Assembly (NCBI GenBank): GCA_965645245.1
Contig: OZ287077.1
Location: 682,001-746,000 of the forward strand
Length of the DNA: 64,000 nucleotides
Direction: 5' to 3'
DNA from: Massalongia carnosa
Lineage: Eukaryota
Shown in pieces: positions 1 through 13,082 of this stretch. The notes beneath the pieces were generated by a model. That model was given only the letters and a program-made list of their open reading frames with translations, had not been told where the DNA came from and searched no databases. The position numbers and the translations under genes were made by a program. Within the stretch, counting starts at the first letter, position 1; every line of letters starts with the position of its first letter.

Positions 1-295
1 AGGTTTTCAATGTGGCCACATCCTGAAGACATTGCGAATTGAACTCGAATATTGGTGATGCTACCTTGCAGACTTTTAGTGTATAGAAGCCAACCGGACA
101 TGATCAGCGTGCGTGCTGTTGTCGCTCTGACAAAACTAATCAGAAGAAAAAAAATCCCGAATCAAGTAAAAATCGAAACTAAAAACCAAATGATCAAATA
201 TAATTGATTCCAACAGCAAAAAGAGTTCCAACCCAAGGTTGTACGTCTCTATCCTAGATATGGTGTTCAAGAAGAACCCGAAGAAAGTCAGCGAA

Positions 296-378
296 GTACT
301 AACAGGGAATCGAACTCAACAGCTTTATGTCTACAACCGTAAACGAAGTGGCCGGTGTTACCACTTAACTATATGAGA
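296..378 (-). other. Degenerate tRNA-like / tRNA-derived (SINE-head-like) sequence with Pol III A and B boxes
   Basis: The minus strand reads TAGTTAAGTGGTAA (A-box-like, 371-358) and GAGTTCGATTCCC (B-box-like, 317-305) at tRNA-like spacing. I could not fold a clean cloverleaf or assign an anticodon. Confidence 0.35.
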
Positions 379-399
379 TGTTAGTAATATTAGCTTGTC

Positions 400-1770
400 T
401 TGTTTGAACATATAAACTAAGAGGGAACTTAGTTTTCAACACTTAGGAATTTCCAGGGGGTTGGGCAAGTAGCTTAGCAGCACAGCAATTTCTTTTCTCC
501 GATGGCTTGCGCTTGTCAAGTGATCCACCAGACTCTAGGGTGTTCATAGTGTGATTTCTAGCTGATCTGGGACTTATAAGTTTCAATGTCTTGATTATCT
601 TGTATCTTTCCAATATTTTTTAGGTAGTTTACCCGTATGCCATCAACACTCCCCTTTTTCCTTGAATATGGAAACTCTGTCTTCTGCCTCTTCATTCCTC
701 TTATTATATTTTTACTCTTACTTAGCTTTAACTCTTGCTTGTAGCTCGTGGGGTTGGAAGGGAGAAAGTTAACGGATATAGGAAAGGGGGAAGGGGCACT
801 TAGAAAATACGGAGGCAGAGAATCATGAGAGCCAGGAGGAAAGAGAGGCGCGATACAGTGGACTGGTAGAAAAAAATTCGAACAGATTTCAAGATCAAAT
901 TAGAAGGGGAATAGGGTAAGAATTACTTAATAACTTCCGAGAGCATTTGGTTTTCGCTGTAAGGTCCTGCAAACCCATACCCCTTAAATCCTAATCCCTT
1001 ATTCTCATTAATCCTATCTTACCCTCTGAGACTTCTTCAAGTCTTTAGTTCTAGTTACGTCTCTTGACTTTAATATCTATATTCATGTTTCTCTATCTCT
1101 TATTTCATCTTCTGATTCACCTCTCTTCGGCGCGATACTACGAAAAGGATAGATATTCGGGTAGATAGAGAGATCGACAGAGAGGGAGGAATGGAGGGAG
1201 GGAAGGGGATGAAATGCAATTTAGGAAAGAAAATAGACAGATCCTCGAATTATGAGCAGAATGTGATATCAACAATTTGGGGGGGGGGAGTAATAAACCA
1301 AGGCTTGAAGGGGGTTGAGAGTAATATAGGAACCTGAAGACAGCCAAAGGCCAATGAAGGCCAATGATAGGGCTGTCTATACTTATAGCTAGTTATACTG
1401 CAAAGTTTTTATGTGCCGAGAAAGGGAATGACCTACCGAACTAGGCTCTGATTCAGCGAACAGACTAAGTAGCAAGGAGGAAAATAAGACATTGAACGAT
1501 TTGGATTACTGCTTGTTTGCGCTAGTGCCTCCGCGAAGGGCAAGGTAATAAGCCGTTCGCTGGTTTTCTTCAACCGAGTGAGTATCTAATCCAAGATATT
1601 GTTAAGCACCGTGTAGCTGGGTAGCTAACCGTAGAATTTTAATACTAGCAAAGCGTTAGGTCCCTGCTACGGAGTTGTCCTTTCTAGGAAGTATATCGTC
1701 TACTAGCTGTCCTTATGAACTGGCCTAGCTGGCTACCGGGGCACCTTAGGTGGTCTGACGTATGTAACCG
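400..1770. mobile_element. Degraded AT/TpA-rich repeat relic (probably a mutated transposon fragment)
   Basis: No credible ORF, many TAG/CTA/TAA words and purine/pyrimidine-skewed tracts. No termini or domains were identified. Confidence 0.3.
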
Positions 1771-2049
1771 TTGGTTTCTTGAAACTACAGATCTTTTTCG
1801 CTGTTGTCGAACAGATTATACTCGATCTTCGCCATCCCTCTGGAATTCAAGTTCTGTATAACGCTACTTCTTGCCATGCGATTCCCTGCTACATCAGGTG
1901 CGAGATGGCTCGGCCACTGCTACACCTCAATTATGTATACGCGCTCCTGACCGACGCCGTTGATGCGATACTTCCTCTCATCTCAGTATAGATCAAACTG
2001 TATTAGCATAATAGGCCTCCGCCAATTGAGTATCCACGGGTCTTTCGAC

Positions 2050-2935
2050 CTTAGCAAGAACAGGGAGAATTCTCACCCATATCGATATACAGCAAAGGAA
2101 GTACTGCTCAAAATAATGCATATCCCACCTATATTCTCGCATCAGTAGCCAAGATTCAACAGAATAAATTCCGCTACCGCAAGACGTCTGCATAGAAAAA
2201 ATTGCGGATCATGGGGACTCTCGCACAATGTAAGCCTCGTGCGGTATTATCTGCTTGTATCAAATCTTCGCACTATGCTGGCAAAGTACTATGAGGTTTG
2301 AGGTTTTATATGGGCATCTGGATTCTTTTAATCATGTTGCATAAAGGCCGGAAGTTCATTCTTTACTCCATCTAAAAGTCTGTTGAGGGCATTGATCTTG
2401 GGCCCACGGATAGAATTATCAATTTTGGGCGGTATTATGGTGGCTCGGTTTCGAGCAAGCATGGTTTGATACGCCTGAAGAAATTCTCTCGGTCACAAAG
2501 GTTTCCCAAATGCGATTATTATAAAGGTTAACCCACCTTCTTTGGAATCTTCTCTTTTCCTAAAAGTGCGCAGACACCTTGAGTTTCCATTGCCTACTTC
2601 AGCCGTGGAAGCTAACACATTCGATTAGTCCATGTTGTCGCCACCTGGGTCTATTTTGGATATCTATTCATTAGAGGCCCCTTGGTTGTTGCTGTCCAGG
2701 TCTACCCCGACGGCCCATCCATTCAACGTGGTCAAATATTGATTGGCATAACCAATGAGCCCTGTTTTCGCTCCGTTACCACTTTCTTGGCCAGCTAGGT
2801 TGTTTAAGTTGTCAGGAAATAGAACAGGAGTCAGGTTATTCTGATCTGGATATTCCTATCGAGGAATGGCATTGACGATTGCAAGACACAAAAGTTCAAC
2901 TAGAATTATAGTAAGACAATGTTGCAAAGTGAGCG
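2050..2935 (-). pseudogene. Pseudogene of a secreted protein (signal-peptide-like start, in-frame TAG/TAA stops)
   Basis: The minus frame from about 2926 reads LQHCLTIILVELLCLAIVNAIPR*EYPDQNNLTPVLFPDNLNNLAGQ...SNE*ISKIDPGGDNMD*SNVLASTAEVGNGNSRCLRTFRKRE. It has a hydrophobic leader ending in VNA|IP, stops compatible with CAG>TAG and CAA>TAA, and a KR site. The 3' boundary is uncertain. Confidence 0.45.
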
Positions 2936-3829
2936 AATATAATGAACAAGGGGAAACCCTGGTTTGAACAGAAAGTCTATGAGGAAAGAGGAAGAACGGG
3001 ATGACGGAGAAACACGGCAGGGTAACGGCTCAGCGAAATGCTAAACTGGCGAAACTTATCAACCTGTTGAAAAATCCTCCTCATCTGTCTAAACTCTGCA
3101 AACGATATTCCTTGTCCGATCAGTCCTTGGGAAGCCAAAGTATTAATTCTTACACCTAGGATGATTTAAGTTTTCGTGGAGCTAATCTCAATCAATGCTA
3201 CATGGCGTCAGCAAAGCCTTGTGCGATATCTACCTAAAGATATTTCATACCTAATATTTGATCTTCAGCACCTCACTATCAAGCCTCACCCATTCAATCC
3301 GAGGAAATTGGAAGGGACTTCATTTTGATCGAACTTTTTTAAAGGTCGCCAGGGCTGAGAGCGACCACGGGTAAGGTTAAGCGGTCAAGTCCGTGTGAAC
3401 ACGAATATGTTGCTTCGAGTTGTGAAATCTAGCACTGTGGAATCGATGCGCATTATGTTTTTCGGGAGGGCACTTGCCCCTCTCCGCGATGTAAAGGAAT
3501 TGTCATTTGGGGAAGTACTTGGAAGGGTGAGTTGGAACAAAGTTGCCGAAAGCCTTTCCAAACACGGATAAACCTATGCATGCCTGTTATACTTTGTTCC
3601 TTGTGTTGTCCTAGTTTTTACATTCCAATATACATCAACAACTTATAGAGGAAGCGGTGCCTGAGCTATGGCTCTTTCGGTACTTCTCTCAAGTGAATAT
3701 TTTACAGATAAAATTGAGCGGGTAGAGTTGAACCTAATATGACATCTGTCAAAACTAGACCTGAACTCTTTGCTTTAGTGTTCCCATCACTCCATGGTAT
3801 ACCTGGCTGTTTTGCGCCGTAAACCCAAT

Positions 3830-4898
3830 TCAAACACCATATTTCGCCTCCTTGAAAGGGTATTTGATCACATCGTCTTTACGCAGCCAAATCTTCTTTC
3901 GCTTCTTCGTCACTACATGCTCTACAAACGTTTCTTTCGCGTACTCCTTCAGAAATTTGCGGATGTAGCGTGGATCCCACAGTTCGCTTGCAACGCCCAG
4001 GTCTTTGCAACAGCGCATCATAGCATTAGACTTGCACCCTTCGGCTGCGGTGGGGATGCCCTCGGGGCTGAAGTAGTCCTGTTCGCCACGAGCCACGGAG
4101 ACTAGTCTAAGTGCACGGTTGCGAATATTAGCCATCAAATTTGAGGTGTAGTTGTAGTAATGGAACATTACTGACCTTCCCAGCGCAACTAGCGCATATT
4201 CCCTTGTGACCGACGTCGCCGTAACAATCGTCTCACCACGTGGAGCCAGACCCCATGCTCCGGGCCCAAATGCCTGATTTAGGATCCTTCGATACTTGAT
4301 TTCTGGCAAATAGACAATACCGTCCGGTTTCACCTCGATGTCATCAAACGATATCGGCGCAAGTAGGGTATTTTTGGCTTCGGGGGAAAATGCCTCGCTG
4401 GAAAGCCCGTGAAACGATCGCGTCCAGTCAACTTGGCGCGCTCCTTCATCAAGAACTACTGGCTGGTCCATGAACCCTTGCGACAAGTCTTGAGTTTCAG
4501 GTGTTGTGGAGCTTGAGTTTCGCGTGGATGCTGCAGGACCGGAGGAGCTCAAAGGAGTAGAAATAGGTTTTGAGCCCTAAAGCAGGTATCATTAGTTTGA
4601 GGGAATCTTAAAATTTGTAAAGAAATAGATTCACCCCAGTAGGTGCAGCCTTCTGAGCATTTTGTTCATGGTAAACCTTAGTCGATGAATAGACTGCTCT
4701 GGCTTGGCCATGCCTTGAAGACCCTTGGAAGGAGACATCAAGGAAATTCGAACGAGACGGTATACCGGTGGGTTCTGATACAATGTGCTTCGATCTATGC
4801 CTTCGAGGGAGAGCAGTTGTAAAGGAAAGTGCAAAGATCCGCGACGTTCTCGATATTTGCAGAGACCATGTAGCTCGCTGCAAAGTGAAAACCGCCAT
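3830..4898 (-). CDS. MGM101: Mitochondrial genome maintenance protein Mgm101 (3 exons: 4898-4635, 4576-4176, 4106-3830)
   Basis: Motifs [45 protein letters not shown] and [24 protein letters not shown]. Basic presequence-like N-terminus. GT-AG introns at 4634-4577 and 4175-4107 (the latter 69 nt, in frame). Confidence 0.93.
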
Positions 4899-5158
4899 GA
4901 ATTATTTGGTTTGGTTGAGCTACTAAGTACATCACGAAGATTTGGCTTTGAGCTCGAGATTATAACGCTTACTAACCTAATATGGCAGGCTAGCAATATC
5001 GCTAGGTCTCGTGACTTAGGCCTGAAATTCAAAGACAAGTAACATATCATGAGTACAACGAATTAAGTGGGTTATCAGGTTGAAGAGCAGTAAGAAGCTG
5101 ATGTGTTGTACAAGATATGTATGGTTTCAGAGCGTGTACCTCTATATATTGCCAAATG

Positions 5159-5613
5159 CTATGTGTCTTTCGTCTCAGTTCTCTGGTCATTGCCTTGGTT
5201 CTTCCAGCACTGTCGGAAAAACTCCATCTATAGATAAATGATGTTAGTTCATGAACGTATGGAAAAAGTACTTACACGAATTGGCGGAGGAAATCCGATG
5301 AGACCAGCTAATGGGGCTTGCCGTTCGTCGGTAACGCACCTCTTTTCTACAGGATCTCCAATCCTTCTTCTCAAAGTAACAATCATTCATCTTGCTTTGC
5401 TCGACTGCGAAAGTCAGCCTATTCCTCGAATTATATTATAAATTGTTGCGAGGAGATTACGTACCTGAACAGCCTGTGCTGAATATCCTCTTGTCCCTGG
5501 CGCAAAGTTTAGAAGTGTGAAATTCTTTTTGGGGTGGTTTAAACTCACCAATCATCCGGCTCGTCGTCTGCTTCTACAACTTTCTCGTCTTTCGAAGTTT
5601 TAAATTCCGACAT
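5159..5613 (-). CDS. COA4: Twin-CX9C mitochondrial cytochrome oxidase assembly factor Coa4/Cmc3 (4 small exons)
   Basis: The spliced product is MSEFKTSKDEKVVEADDEPDDW|DKRIFSTGCS|VEQSKMNDCYFEKKDWRSCRKE|MEFFRQCWKNQGNDQRTETKDT*. It has CX9C...CX9C and the DDW/TGC motifs of the Coa4 family, with three GT-AG introns. Confidence 0.88.
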
Positions 5614-5716
5614 TATATGATTAGGCACTTGGTCGAAAACGTATTGCGAGTGTTCGGTACTCGAGTTTGATAGCTTGAGGTCGGTTCGAGCTCTAGGCTG
5701 GAAGAAGATTAATTTA

Positions 5717-7962
5717 ATGGCTTCCAACCGCATGAATGTGCTTGTCTATGCAGGTATAATCAACAAAGTCTTGAGCCATTATACCTGTTCCCTGATCCAC
5801 TTCATTAGGTAATGGAGCAACAATTGAATCTGTTCGTCATTGTCTATATACTCTTCGTCGTGTACTTTCGCCAAAATACGCTGTTATTACAGTCGCAGGA
5901 GATGCTATCATCAAAGAGCCATGGACAGCTACATGTGCGTTGCTTGTTTTTCCTGGCGGGGCAGATCTAGGCTACTGTCGAACTCTGAACGGAGAAGGCA
6001 ATCGTAGAATTAGCCTGTTTGTGGAGCGAGGCGGTTCCTTCCTGGGTTTATGTGCTGGAGGTTATTATGGGAGCAATCGATGCGAATTTGAAGTGGGAAA
6101 CAAAAGTTTAGAAGTCGTGGGCACGCGAGAACTTGCATTTTATCCGGGAATCTGTCGGGGCTGTGCGTTTCCCGGATTCGTTTACCACAGCGAGGCAGGG
6201 GCCAGGAAAGTGGATCTCAAAGTCTCGAAGACTGCGCTAACCAAGGGCTCTGTTCCTGATGTCTTTCGCTCTTATTATAATGGCGGAGGCGTCTTTGTGG
6301 ACGCTCCAAAGTATCATGATCAAGGGGTCGAGATACTAGCGAGCTTCACAGAGAAACTCAGTGTTGATCCTGGCGAAGGTACAGCAGCTATAGTATATTG
6401 TAAAGTTGGAAATGGAGCTGCAGTACTGACCGGTCCACATCCTGAGTGTGCTATGTCAGTCTGTATCGAGTTTTGGATGCTAACGAATCGCTAGATTTGC
6501 TCCTGTCAACCTAGAGAAAGAAAAGGAGTCCAAAATTCCAGGCTTTTCGAAGATTGTTGAAGCACTTGCTGCTGACGACAAGCAACGCACAGATTTTGTT
6601 AAAGCATGTTTGATAAAGCTTGGTTTGCAGGTGAACCAAGAACAAAATGCGGTACCTTCCCTTTCCCGACTCCATCTTTCATCCTTAGTATGTTCCCAAA
6701 CCTCAGAGCTTGTGGCATCTTTCCAAGACATCATCACAATTGAAGATGGCGAGGAGTATATCAAGGACGAGAACGATACCTTTCATATCGAAAGGCCTTC
6801 TACATGGTTTACTGGTTCTCGTATAGAAAGGCAAACAGAGAAGATTAATGACAATGATTCTGACGAGGACAGGATTCTAAATTATAGTACAATAGTGAAG
6901 CGAGTAGTTATTCACGACCAGGAGTTTCCCCCCAGCAAAGATACGCCATATTTCAACCATCATGCATACTTTGCCAACTTGAAGCATTATAGACTTAAGT
7001 CACCAGAGCAAGACAGTAATTTTGGAGAACAAATCCTGTATGGTGAGGTCGTTACGAGTACCAATACCCTATTGGAGAGGTATCACCCCATTCATATAAG
7101 TTGCCTGCTTTGCAGAATATCCTCTAATCTGTCTAGGAACACACAATTGCTTCGACGTCTTCCAACAGGCTTTACAGCCACGGCAACCGTACAAGTTGCC
7201 GGGCGAGGCCGTGGAACTAACGTTTGGGTTTCTCCAGCAGGATCACTTATCTTCTCGACAGTTATTGTGCATCCAGTCTCTTTACTTACACATGCTCCTA
7301 TTGTATTTCTTCAATACCTTGCCGCTCTTGCCATTGTTGAAGGCATTAAAACATATGATACTGGTTTTGAGGTTATCCCGGTCAAGTTGAAGTGGCCCAA
7401 TGACATCTGTAAATCCCATTCGTTCACATCAGCCCCTGTGATTTATATAGCTAGAGAATAATACTGATCGGTGCGCATAGACGCCCTTGACCCTTGTGAC
7501 ACTACAAAAAAAAAATACCTAAAAATTGGAGGCATCTTGGTAAACTCTCACTACTCCGACTCCGAGTATCTCTCCGTCGTCGGTATCGGTCTCAACACTA
7601 CTAATGCCTTACCTTCAACCTCGCTCAATGCGCTGAAGCCCCCCGTCCCATTCACCCTTGAAAAGCTTCTAGCTCGCATATTGACCTGCTTCTCCGATTT
7701 TTACACCCGCTTTAAAGTCACGGGATTTGACAAAAAGTTTGAGCAAATGTATTATGACCACTGGCTGCATACGAATCAAATTGTTACACTCGAAGCCGAG
7801 GGGGGGGTAAGAGCTCAAATCAAAGGAATTACAAGGGACTGGGGGTTGCTTATTGCAGAAGAGTTAGGCTGGGAAGATCGGGGGACAGGCAAGCTGTGGA
7901 CTCTTCAGACTGACAGCAATAGCTTTGATTTCTTCAAAGGGCTGGTGAAGCGGAAGGTTTGA
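5717..7962 (+). CDS. BPL1: Biotin-protein ligase / holocarboxylase synthetase (BPL_N + BPL_LplA_LipB), multi-exon
   Basis: Start MASNRMNVLVYAG (ATG 5717). BPL_N motifs LLVFPGGADLGYC, FLGLCAGGYYG and GPHPE. Catalytic motifs QVAGRGRGTNVW, KWPND and KIGGILVNS. C-terminus DSNSFDFFKGLVKRKV. Confidence 0.93.
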
Positions 7963-9983
7963 CGTCTGATACAGTTAAACTGTGATTTGACTTTTTTATC
8001 TCCAAGATAATGCGCTACGGAAGTTGAACATTTACAAATACGTGGTTGAAATACTTCCGAGCGGTATACTGAGTTATCCTAATGATTTCATTCAAGTAAT
8101 TATTACTCCTTCCATGTCACGATCAATATTAGCTACTTGGGTTTAAGATCTGCGCCATAGCAACTGAGAATTCTTATATTGACATCTTGGGCTCCCGGAT
8201 CTATGCCACAGAATTTATACATTTCATTTGTGAATGTGTGATGAAGAAGCCCAATGAGGAAGGCGGTGTCCGGAGGGATGGAGACACACTATGGTTTTCT
8301 ATCAAGATATCTACCCCAAGCGTAAATCTTTTTACGGGCCTTACACCAAATCCATGATGAGCCAAGGTTCATTCTACATACTACGAACACATTCTCCTTC
8401 AGCAAGTCAGATTTCCTGGATGTATTCAGGAAGCAGGTATCCGTGGAAGACAGTTCAGCGCTCCGAAGTCTTCGCTGGTTGATGAAGGTATCTTATTGAA
8501 ACCGGAAACTACCCGCGAAAAATCACCGATCGCCTCCTTTGCCGTAAAGCTGTGGGAGCCAAGCCAATCGTCCGACCGTGGTAGACCAGTTCCAATTTTC
8601 TTTGTTACATTGATCTCTGCGTGGAGCAGGATTTTGATATAGATAGGCTACCTACCAAGCTCGCCGCTGAGCCCACCCCTTTCCTGCCACATCTGGAGAA
8701 AGTATGGATAGCCTTAGCCCTCGCGCTGCGCAAGCTTCACCTTGAAATTGGTCGAGTTAGTATTACATAATGCAAATCTTGGGCACCAGTCGCCAAGCTT
8801 TATATTGAAACGGAATCCCCTCGTTCAGTGCGGCATACAAGACCTTTTGAGCAAGAACTCCGGTGGCCGCGAACAAAGAAGGAGGCTTGGGCAGACCGCT
8901 TCAGGAAGGTTATACTTCGCCAGATCGACTATCCGACGGACTACAACGCTCCGGATCTTCCCTCTCGAAAACCGATCACTTGCAGAAGCTGTCTTGAGCG
9001 AGAGCTTGGTTTCGTCTCTAAGTTAGGGGCATATTTGATTGAAGATTCTTAATTATGCGCCTTGCTCCCTATTTAAACGACAGTTTGCTTTCCCTCGCAG
9101 TCTTTTCTGACCCCTAACTCAAACCTGTCCAAAGACCCTAATCGCTTACCCATCGCAGCAAGTCCTATCGAGAAACAAAATCTTCTATAATTTCCCTCAA
9201 GACCTGAAATCTCAAGGCTGCTCCGCTAGGTTCGGAGCGGCCCCCCCTCCAGATGTCAAACTTCCCCACAACCTACCCTGGCCAAAAACCGTGGTGGATG
9301 CCCACCTAGCCAAAGTTTTCCTTTCGCATCTTTAATTTCTCTTCTCTTTTTTCCCTTATCTTCTCCTTTCCTCTTCAGCCCCAAGACGGAAGGAAAAGAA
9401 GAAAATAACGTCGATTGTCTTTTTAGAGGAACGTTTTTGGAAGGATGCGAAAAACACATCTTCCTTTACTTTACGTTCCCTGTTTATTCCTGTGCACATC
9501 CACGCTCACATCTCTGTAACGCATAGATGCGAGGGGCAAGCACAAGCCATGATAGGGTAAATGATCCGAGAGAAACATGGAATACGAAAATCTTGTATTG
9601 TTAGCATTTGGCCCGTTCCGTGTTTATATGGCTTTCCCCCTTGTTTCTCATATAGGTATTACTCTTTGGTGCAAGAGAAGGAACCCACAGCCTAGGTCTA
9701 AGCTCCTTTGCTAATGCTAGGATCATCAGTTATGTCAAGTCAAAGGCAATGTAACTCCATTGATGAGTTGAGTGTAAAGGTTGCCCGAAGCCCGATATCG
9801 CCCTGCTCTTTCATTATATTACATGCATACAAGAGCAGCAGAACGGCACACAACGTACGACGTGAATCGGCGCTGGAGAAATATATACAACTGAAGTAAA
9901 CCCCCCGCTCTACCGTGTATGAATGCAATCCCCCAATAGATGGGAGTGTTTTATCCGTCCCTTCTAGACCGGCCGTATTCCTC

Positions 9984-10986
9984 TCAGGCGGTGTTCCCTT
10001 CACCCATCAAGCGAGCTAGAAGAACGTAACCAATTACCACCATAGCCCCAACTGCAAACTTGTTCCTCCTTACCCAGCTCTGACCCGCCTGCCTCGCTGC
10101 CTGGCCCCCTCCTACCACAGCCCCCAGTCCAACCCCGCTCCCGCCCGGACCCCGCCGTAAAGCTGCCACCTCGGCCGAACACGGTGACGTAGAGGACGAC
10201 GCATAAGAAGCCCCTCCGGCTTCCAGAGGAAGATCCGGGAGCAAGTTCCCTGTCATCACATCGATGCGATTCGCTCTCATCCACGCCCAATTCTCCGCGT
10301 CCAGCTCCGGCCACTCAGCCCGAAACTTCACCCCGCCGTCTCCAGCTTTTACCGCGCCGACGCCTTTCGTACTGGCATTTACGCCTTTGGCCTGTTTCAA
10401 ATGGCTGCCGCCGCCCGTCGAGTTCCACCACCGCGTGCGCGCGGCGGCCCAGCGGCGCTCGGCATCGGTGCCGTGCACGCTACCGGTCGTCATCTCGTCG
10501 CTTGTCATGAAGGACATGAGGCCGATGAGAATGGTGCTGACCTCCCACGCCGGATTGAAGGATTTGGGGTGGAAGTCGCTGATACTAAGGCAAAGGCGAG
10601 TTGAGGGCTGGAAGCGCGCAGATGGGGTGTGCATGCGGATCGAGGGCGGCGCGAAGGGGTATTCGGGCGGGAAGAGGAGGGTTCCCCAGTACTGGCCATT
10701 TTCGTAAGGTGTTTTGGGCGGGCCGGTAATGATGTAGTGCCATCTTTTGGAGAGCATTAGTAAGTTGCGGGCAGAATAAGGAGAGCAGCGAAGAGAGGGT
10801 TGGGAGCGGTGAAGAGGACCTACTCTAAGATGTTGGTTTCGGAGGGATGGGCGGTTATGTAAGGAGGTGGGTTTTGGGAGATGGTTTGGTATTCGCGGGT
10901 GAGCTGGAGGTGTCAGTATCAGACTTTTCGATCCGGGAAAAGATGAATATTTGGTTTACCCTCTTGTTAGCAGCTCTGGTGGCCAT
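9984..10986 (-). CDS. UBC6: Tail-anchored ER ubiquitin-conjugating enzyme E2 (Ubc6/UBE2J2), 3 exons
   Basis: MATRAANKR|LTREYQTISQNPPPYITAHPSETNILE|WHYIITGPPKTPYENGQYWG...TRLCLSISDFHPKSFNPAWEVSTIL, followed by a C-terminal hydrophobic anchor. Confidence 0.93.
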
Positions 10987-11323
10987 GTTGACAGTGTTCT
11001 TTGTCGTTAAATGAGATGATGGTAGAATCAAATGATGGTTAGATTATCACAGAATGAGATGGCCAAAGAGTAGGATTTAGATTATTAGGAGTATTTTTTA
11101 TGAGTTTCGGTATCCAAGTGGATCGAGTTAAGTGGGAGTTGTTGGTCGGAGTTCGTCAAGAGATAGAAGATTGAGTGTTGGCGATGGCGTCACGTGTGAA
11201 GTGTTTCGAATTCGACATTTTAGACTTGGTTAAAACGGGATTCGCTATCGCCGGCGCTAGCTCAAGCCCAGGCGTCAAAGAGAAGTTCGCATCAGCCACA
11301 ATGTGAGCTTCAACCTCTAGTCA

Positions 11324-13082
11324 ATGGCCTCGCCTACGGACAATAAAGATGATGTAAGTGGAATGGCTCAATTGCGAGCTGTTTGAGTAAAATTTCATAT
11401 TAATGCTATGCTAATTTCAGTCCTTTGCTGTAGATCTTCCAAACCTTGCGGAAACAGGTGGATCCTAAGGTCCAGGAAGAAAGGACCAGAGCCGCAAATG
11501 AGAGAGAGCAGGCTCAGTTTGACAAGGTCCAGAGAAGGCTTGGTGAACTGGTAAGAATTCGATTGCTGTTGATACGTGGACAGGAAGAAGAGCTAATCGT
11601 TGTCCGGCATTTTATGTTGCTAGATCCAAGTAAACTCCACCCTGCCTTGCACAATTTCCTCCATTAAAATATTGAACGCCAATAATACGAGAAGAAATTT
11701 TCTCGAGAGGATATTCAATCCCTTACTCAGCGTAAATCAAGATCGACCGTACACTCTAGCAGAGGCCATAAGGCATGTCTCGATTGGAGCAGATAAGCTG
11801 CATCAGTTTGGTACTTTAGGGGTTTCCTTCGCGATGTGTAGAAACGGTTCTCATGCAAGAATTAGATATCTTTCACGAACCCATATCACTTTTTATCGAT
11901 CAGCCCTCACGTACCGACCCCTCCACCACACCAACAGACATCGATGTCTATCTCTCCGTTCGCGAAAAATCCAAATATCTACTCAAATCAGGCACGGACG
12001 TCGGTCAAGCCGAAGGTTCTGCGTATGGGAACCTTCTCTTGCGGAATGTTTTCGGAGGCGCGGAGTCCTTAAATTTGAATTTCGCGCTGGGGACCCGCAC
12101 AAGATCCGCATACCAAGCCACATTTAACACGCCCTTTCTCAGTAACCCCAATTTCCGCGGCGAGATTGGCGGCCTAGCGAGCTCGACGGAGAAAGTCTGG
12201 TCGAGCCATGAAGAGGTGCTAAGAGGCGGCTGGGCGAAATTGCGCTGGATTGCAGGAGGTGGGAGGCATGAGTTGGGGTATAACGGTGTCTGGAGACAAA
12301 TTACCGGTCTCGGCAACGATGCCTCCCCAACGGTTCGCGGAGACGCAGGTGATAGCGTCAAGAGCAGTATTACTCACTCTTGGATCCGTGACCGAAGAGA
12401 TAATCCATTCCTTCCCTCTCGCGGCTACTACACCAAAACCAACCTTGAAGTAGCCGGCGTGGGCCCTCTTCAAGGGGATGTAGCATTTTGTAAATCCGAG
12501 GTCGAAGCTCAAGGTGCTATTCCAATCCCCATCCCTGGTATCCAGGGGGATAGTGGCGTCTCCCTTACCTCGGGCATCCGCACCGGACTCCTATATCCGC
12601 TCCCTCTTGGCTTCGATCGGAAACCTCTCGCCTCACGGCTAAATGACCGCTTCCAGCTCGGCGGACCTACTGACGTCCGCGGATTTCGTCTTTCCGGTCT
12701 CGGGCCCCGCGACGGCGCGGACGCGGTGGGCGGCGACGTCTACGCAGCCGGAAGCGCAAATCTGCTGTTCCCGCTGCCGCTCGTGAACGCCGATCGGCCC
12801 TTGCGAATGCAAGCGTTCATTAATGGCGGGCGCTTGTTGGCGTTAAAGCCGCCACCCAAACATAAAGACGGTGGTATGGAGGGGCATAACGTGAACCAGC
12901 GGGTGCGTTCTACCCTTGCGGAACTGGGGAACGGGCTCCCGAGCGTTTCGGCGGGGTTTGGGCTCGTGTACGCGCATCCGGTCGCCCGGTTTGAGCTGAA
13001 TTTCTCGTTGCCGTTGGTGGTGAGGAAGGGGGAGGAGGGGCGGAAAGGGCTGCAGTTTGGGATTGGCATTAACTTGCTGTAG
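11324..13082 (+). CDS. SAM50: Mitochondrial outer-membrane SAM complex core subunit Sam50/Tob55 (4 exons: 11324-11353, 11433-11550, 11624-11810, 11866-13082)
   Basis: Omp85 motifs RNVFGGAE, DRFQLGGPTDVRGF, ARFELNFSLPL and the C-terminal beta-signal GLQFGIGINLL. The introns are canonical. Confidence 0.93.

Noticed and set aside
4631..5050. ORFs overlapping the MGM101 5' end
   Set aside because: They are alternative frames or antisense to MGM101 exon 1, with no independent support.
8150..9060. Short plus-strand ORFs that may be a gene remnant
   Set aside because: The frames are fragmented, and I could build no recognisable motif or consistent gene model.
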